A DNA stretch of 64,000 nt from Gemmatales bacterium. Its GTDB lineage: Bacteria; Planctomycetota; Planctomycetia; Gemmatales; HRBIN36. The translations under genes and the position numbers were made by a program. The notes beneath the pieces were generated by a model. It was given only the letters and a program-made list of their open reading frames with translations, ran no database searches and had not been told where the DNA came from. Below are positions 60,787-64,000 of the stretch, in pieces (position 1 is the stretch's first letter; every line of letters starts with the position of its first letter). The stretch lies in contig JBEPZY010000005.1 in assembly GCA_041640595.1 (NCBI GenBank), positions 96,001 through 160,000 on the forward strand. The letters are read 5' to 3'.

Positions 60787-61536
60787 TCATCGGCTAGGTT
60801 CGTCGGCGAGGCGGACCATGCCGAAACCCTGGGCGTTGCGTTCACCGAAACCGGCATCGTAGCCGACCTGGATCAGTTCGGTCGAACCGCTAACGCGAAA
60901 CTTCATCATCCAGCCACGCACGTGGGTACCGTTGACCGTAAATAACTTCGATTGAGGTGGGCTGAGCCATTCGAACTGAAGTTCGCCGTCGAGGGCAGTG
61001 CCACGGAGAGCAACTGACTTGCGTTTCAAGTTCTCGACCAGGATGCGGCTGAAATCCGGCTGGTGCGGAGCGAGAAACTCTTTACGAAACTTGCCAGAAT
61101 CGTCGCGCTGACCCGTTGAGACCACCAGGGGAGACAGGGTTACCAGCGTCATCGTCGGTTGAAACGCAGGTGGCACAACCACGCCGATTTGTCCCACCTG
61201 CAACAAACATTTGCCCAGGCGTACTTCCGGACGAGTGAAGAAACCCAGGGCGATAGCTTCGATAACCGGTTCCAGCGGCGAGGCAATCCACCAGCGCAGT
61301 CGCCCACGCACACGCATACCGTGCTTCATTTTCCGATACTTGTCGGGATACAGCAGCGAAAAGGTCGCCAACTTGTAGTGTTTGCTGGCAGTGCCGAATC
61401 CCTGTTCGTGAACCTGCTGGGCCAGTTTCGGTCGGCCGAGAGCCATCGTCTGATAAAACAGGCCTCGCAAATGATCGAGATAGTCCCACGGCAGCTCTAC
61501 TTCGTCGTGAGTTAAAAATTCGACGCTGATGCGCAT
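60787..61536 (-). CDS. cas6: CRISPR-associated endoribonuclease Cas6 (orphan in this window)
   Basis: YKLATFS, TLSPLVV, LVENLKRK, C-terminal Gly-rich loop GYDAGFGERNAQGFGMV. Confidence 0.92.
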   Translation of the reverse strand: MRISVEFLTHDEVELPWDYLDHLRGLFYQTMALGRPKLAQQVHEQGFGTASKHYKLATFSLLYPDKYRKMKHGMRVRGRLRWWIASPLEPVIEAIALGFFTRPEVRLGKCLLQVGQIGVVVPPAFQPTMTLVTLSPLVVSTGQRDDSGKFRKEFLAPHQPDFSRILVENLKRKSVALRGTALDGELQFEWLSPPQSKLFTVNGTHVRGWMMKFRVSGSTELIQVGYDAGFGERNAQGFGMVRLADEPSR

Positions 61537-61820
61537 TGGGCGGCTTCCTGATACCAGCAGGCTTCGTGGCTGGCGGAATCCATGTTCGTGCTGCGCGCAA
61601 AAACCGCGACAGCAGTCAGGCTGTCAGCATATCATAATGCTAATCTCGCCAGCGTCTGGTATCGCGCGAAGCGAGTGACCCTGCGATCGGCGTGACGTTT
61701 TCCGTATCGCCCGGCAGTGCGACAAGCGCTGGGGTGGTGCGAAACGGTAATATCGGCCAGCTTCAGCTTCCCGCACGGTCGCCGACGGGCAGAGAACAAA
61801 TGGCGTCGCTGAGGTGGGTA

Positions 61821-61917
61821 AATCCCTTACAATAAGCAACTGCCTTCGCGGGGCAGATGAAGAGTCTGAGCCGCTGGAACGCTCACCAGTGCCTTACAAT
61901 AAGCAACTGCGTTCACG
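61821..61917. repeat. Two ~26-30 bp direct repeats with a ~37 bp spacer upstream of cas6
   Basis: Identical CCTTACAATAAGCAACTGC at 61825-61843 and 61892-61910, extendable with mismatches. Confidence 0.8.
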
Positions 61918-61970
61918 CCGTTCCTCTGCGACCGCGTCAGGAACGGTAAGCAGAACTTCCTGAATGGAGA

Positions 61971-62759
61971 ATGCCAATGTCTTGCAAACGCTGCCAGCCT
62001 GTGCGTGCGACGGGGCCAGAACTGTGTGGGAGCCGGGCGGGGCTAAGCCTGGCGAGCATAGTATTGCTAGTGCTGGCCGTTCCAGCTTTCAGCGAACCGA
62101 ACCAGGGTTTTCGTGATCTGTTCAATGGCAAAGACCTGGACGGATGGGTGATTGAAGGGGCAACGAAACTGGCTGACGGCACGCCGGTGTGGCAGGTGTC
62201 GGACGGGAAAATCATCTGCACGGCCGGCAATCAGGGCTATGGTTTTCTGCGGTACGCCCGGCAGGAGTTTGGCGATTTCACGTTGCGTGTGGAATATCGG
62301 TTTCTGCCGCCCGACGGAAAACGTCCGCGTGGCAATAGCGGCATTGGGATTCGCACCGTGCCATACGATCCCAAACGGTCGCTCCTGACACGCCCTTCTT
62401 ACGCCGCCTATGAAATTCAATTACTGGACGACGCGGGTCGTCCTCCAAGCAAACACGGCACCGGCTCCCTGTACCGTTACGTAGCCCCGCGGAGTAATCC
62501 TGCTAAACCGGCTCCGGAATGGAACATTCTGGAAGTGACCTGTCGCGGGCCGAATATCACCATCGCGCTCAACGGTCAGGTTATCGTTGAGGCCGACCAG
62601 CGTGAGGTTCCCGATACGACGGATAAACCGCGTGGTGCGCCGGCTCCCAAAGACAAACCTTTGCGGGGATACATCTGCTTGCAAAGCCATACCGGCACGG
62701 TTGAGTTTCGACGGGTTCAGATACGCGAAATCCCAGCCAAGCCAGCCGATGGCCAATAG
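61971..62759 (+). CDS. DUF1080 (3-keto-disaccharide hydrolase-like) secreted protein
   Basis: GFRDLFNGKDLDGW, GNSGIGIR, YEIQLLD, TGSLY, EWN, GYICLQSH..VEFR. Confidence 0.88.
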   Translation: MPMSCKRCQPVRATGPELCGSRAGLSLASIVLLVLAVPAFSEPNQGFRDLFNGKDLDGWVIEGATKLADGTPVWQVSDGKIICTAGNQGYGFLRYARQEFGDFTLRVEYRFLPPDGKRPRGNSGIGIRTVPYDPKRSLLTRPSYAAYEIQLLDDAGRPPSKHGTGSLYRYVAPRSNPAKPAPEWNILEVTCRGPNITIALNGQVIVEADQREVPDTTDKPRGAPAPKDKPLRGYICLQSHTGTVEFRRVQIREIPAKPADGQ

Positions 62760-62886
62760 AATGTTCGGACGCTGTGCGGACAAGTGACGCCCGAATCAGT
62801 CAATCCCCGAGCGGTGCCCGACATCGCGGTCGCGGATTGGCTGAGCAGGCTGATGGAAAAATCTCGAATCTGCCGAGGTAATTGCT

Positions 62887-64000
62887 ATGTCGGATGAAGC
62901 GCGAATCGAAACGCCGCAAAATATCCAGCCCCCGAAAACACCCGAAGAATTGACCGCTTCCAAACAAGCCCCAGCCGAGCTTACCCACCAGCAACCACCA
63001 CCGAGCGTGGCGCAAGAAACACTCCCACCATCACCGCCTGCCTCTGCGTCAGGGCAACAGGGTGTCACGCCGGGAGAACAGGCCGTAACGACAACGGCTG
63101 CCGAATCGCCAGCGTCCATACCAGCCACCAGTGCGGAAGGCACACCCGTCGCGAGCCAGGAATCTACGGTTACGGAGTCGCCCGTGGCTCAGGTGAGTCG
63201 GCCACCGCAACGCAGCTTAGCCGCGGCAGCCGCTACCGCAGAAGAACGCGAAGCCCTCAAAAGAGCCGAGTTGGAAGCGCTGGACGAGGAAATTGAAGCG
63301 GAACTGCAGGCAGCTCTGGCCGAGGTAGAAAAAGTACAAACCGCCGAAGCGGCTCCTCCGGTTCAGCCGAAACCGAAACGGGCCCAGCAAGAGCCTGCCA
63401 CTCGCAAGGGCGTGATCCTGGCCGTCGTCGGGTCCGACGTGTTTGTGGATATCGGCGGCCGAACTCAGGGAGTTTTGCCTCTGGAGCAATTTCGTGACGC
63501 CCCGCCTCGACCCGGACAGGAAATCGAAGTCGCGATCTGCGGCTACGATCAGGAGAACGGTCTGGTCTTGCTGGAACGTCCCGGAGTCGCGCTGGCTAAA
63601 GCGAGTTGGGCCGCCATTAAAGTCGGGGCGGTTGTTGAGGCTCGCGTGACCGGTGTCGTGAAAAGTGGCCTGGAAGTGGATGTCGGAGGGATTCGTGGAT
63701 TTATCCCGGCCAGTCAAGTGGACGTGCACCGTGTCGAGGATTTATCTCCGTATGTCGGCCAGCGGTTCCTTTGTGAAGTGATCGAAGCGAATCCGGAAGA
63801 GGATACGCTTGTCCTGTCGCGTCGGGCGGTTCTGGATAAAGAGCGTCAGCAAGCGCAGGAGCAGCTCTGGCAGGAGCTTGCGGAAGGCCAGATTCGTACC
63901 GGCATTGTGCGTAGTGTGCAGGATTACGGAGCGTTTGTGGATCTGGGACACGGCGTCGAAGGTCTGCTGCATGTATCGGAAATGAGCTGGTCGCGGCGGG
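62887..64000 (+). CDS. S1 RNA-binding domain protein (RpsA-like), 3'-truncated by the window
   Basis: My translation: low-complexity N-terminus then S1 repeats (VFVDIGGRTQG, GLEVDVGGIRGFIPASQV, LSRRAV, VQDYGAFVDLGHGVEGLLHVSEMSW). Confidence 0.88.
   Translation, partial: MSDEARIETPQNIQPPKTPEELTASKQAPAELTHQQPPPSVAQETLPPSPPASASGQQGVTPGEQAVTTTAAESPASIPATSAEGTPVASQESTVTESPVAQVSRPPQRSLAAAAATAEEREALKRAELEALDEEIEAELQAALAEVEKVQTAEAAPPVQPKPKRAQQEPATRKGVILAVVGSDVFVDIGGRTQGVLPLEQFRDAPPRPGQEIEVAICGYDQENGLVLLERPGVALAKASWAAIKVGAVVEARVTGVVKSGLEVDVGGIRGFIPASQVDVHRVEDLSPYVGQRFLCEVIEANPEEDTLVLSRRAVLDKERQQAQEQLWQELAEGQIRTGIVRSVQDYGAFVDLGHGVEGLLHVSEMSWSRR

Noticed and set aside
48407..61900. Intact prophage or ICE at tRNA-Ala
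   Set aside because: No integrase, phage or conjugation genes, and I saw no distal att copy in the window

Overview
GC-rich bacterial chromosome segment, most likely from a planctomycete (TIGR03000-type protein, MJ0042-type zinc ribbon, DUF1080, planctomycete-style kinase-TPR protein). Core genes: flagellar basal body flgB-flgC-fliE-fliF; kdgK/eda; an actinobacterial Sdh1-like succinate dehydrogenase operon; LacD-type aldolase; PhoR-like kinase; class II ribonucleotide reductase nrdJ; bioB/bioF; a tungsten-type aldehyde:ferredoxin oxidoreductase AorABC-like cluster; lptF/G; rny; Rrf2 plus sat; tRNA-Ala(TGC); and a partial S1-domain protein. The best candidate for a new system is a two-gene unit at 5545-8323. 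It encodes a Lon-type Ser-Lys protease fused to a CARF domain, preceded by an unknown protein whose 'LLAAA|SG' linker and ~11 kDa beta-rich tail suggest a CalpT-like substrate. Second, a likely defence island follows tRNA-Ala, with paired dynamin-like GTPases, a RelE-like ORF coupled to a large UvrD-type helicase, two ~73-75 bp tandem arrays and an orphan cas6 with an upstream two-repeat mini-array. Intergenic DNA also holds REP/BIME-like mosaics with an orientation-dependent linker pattern, heptamer repeats and many short repeat-spacer-repeat duplications spaced 67-75 bp apart. All calls come from reading motifs by eye; no searches were run.
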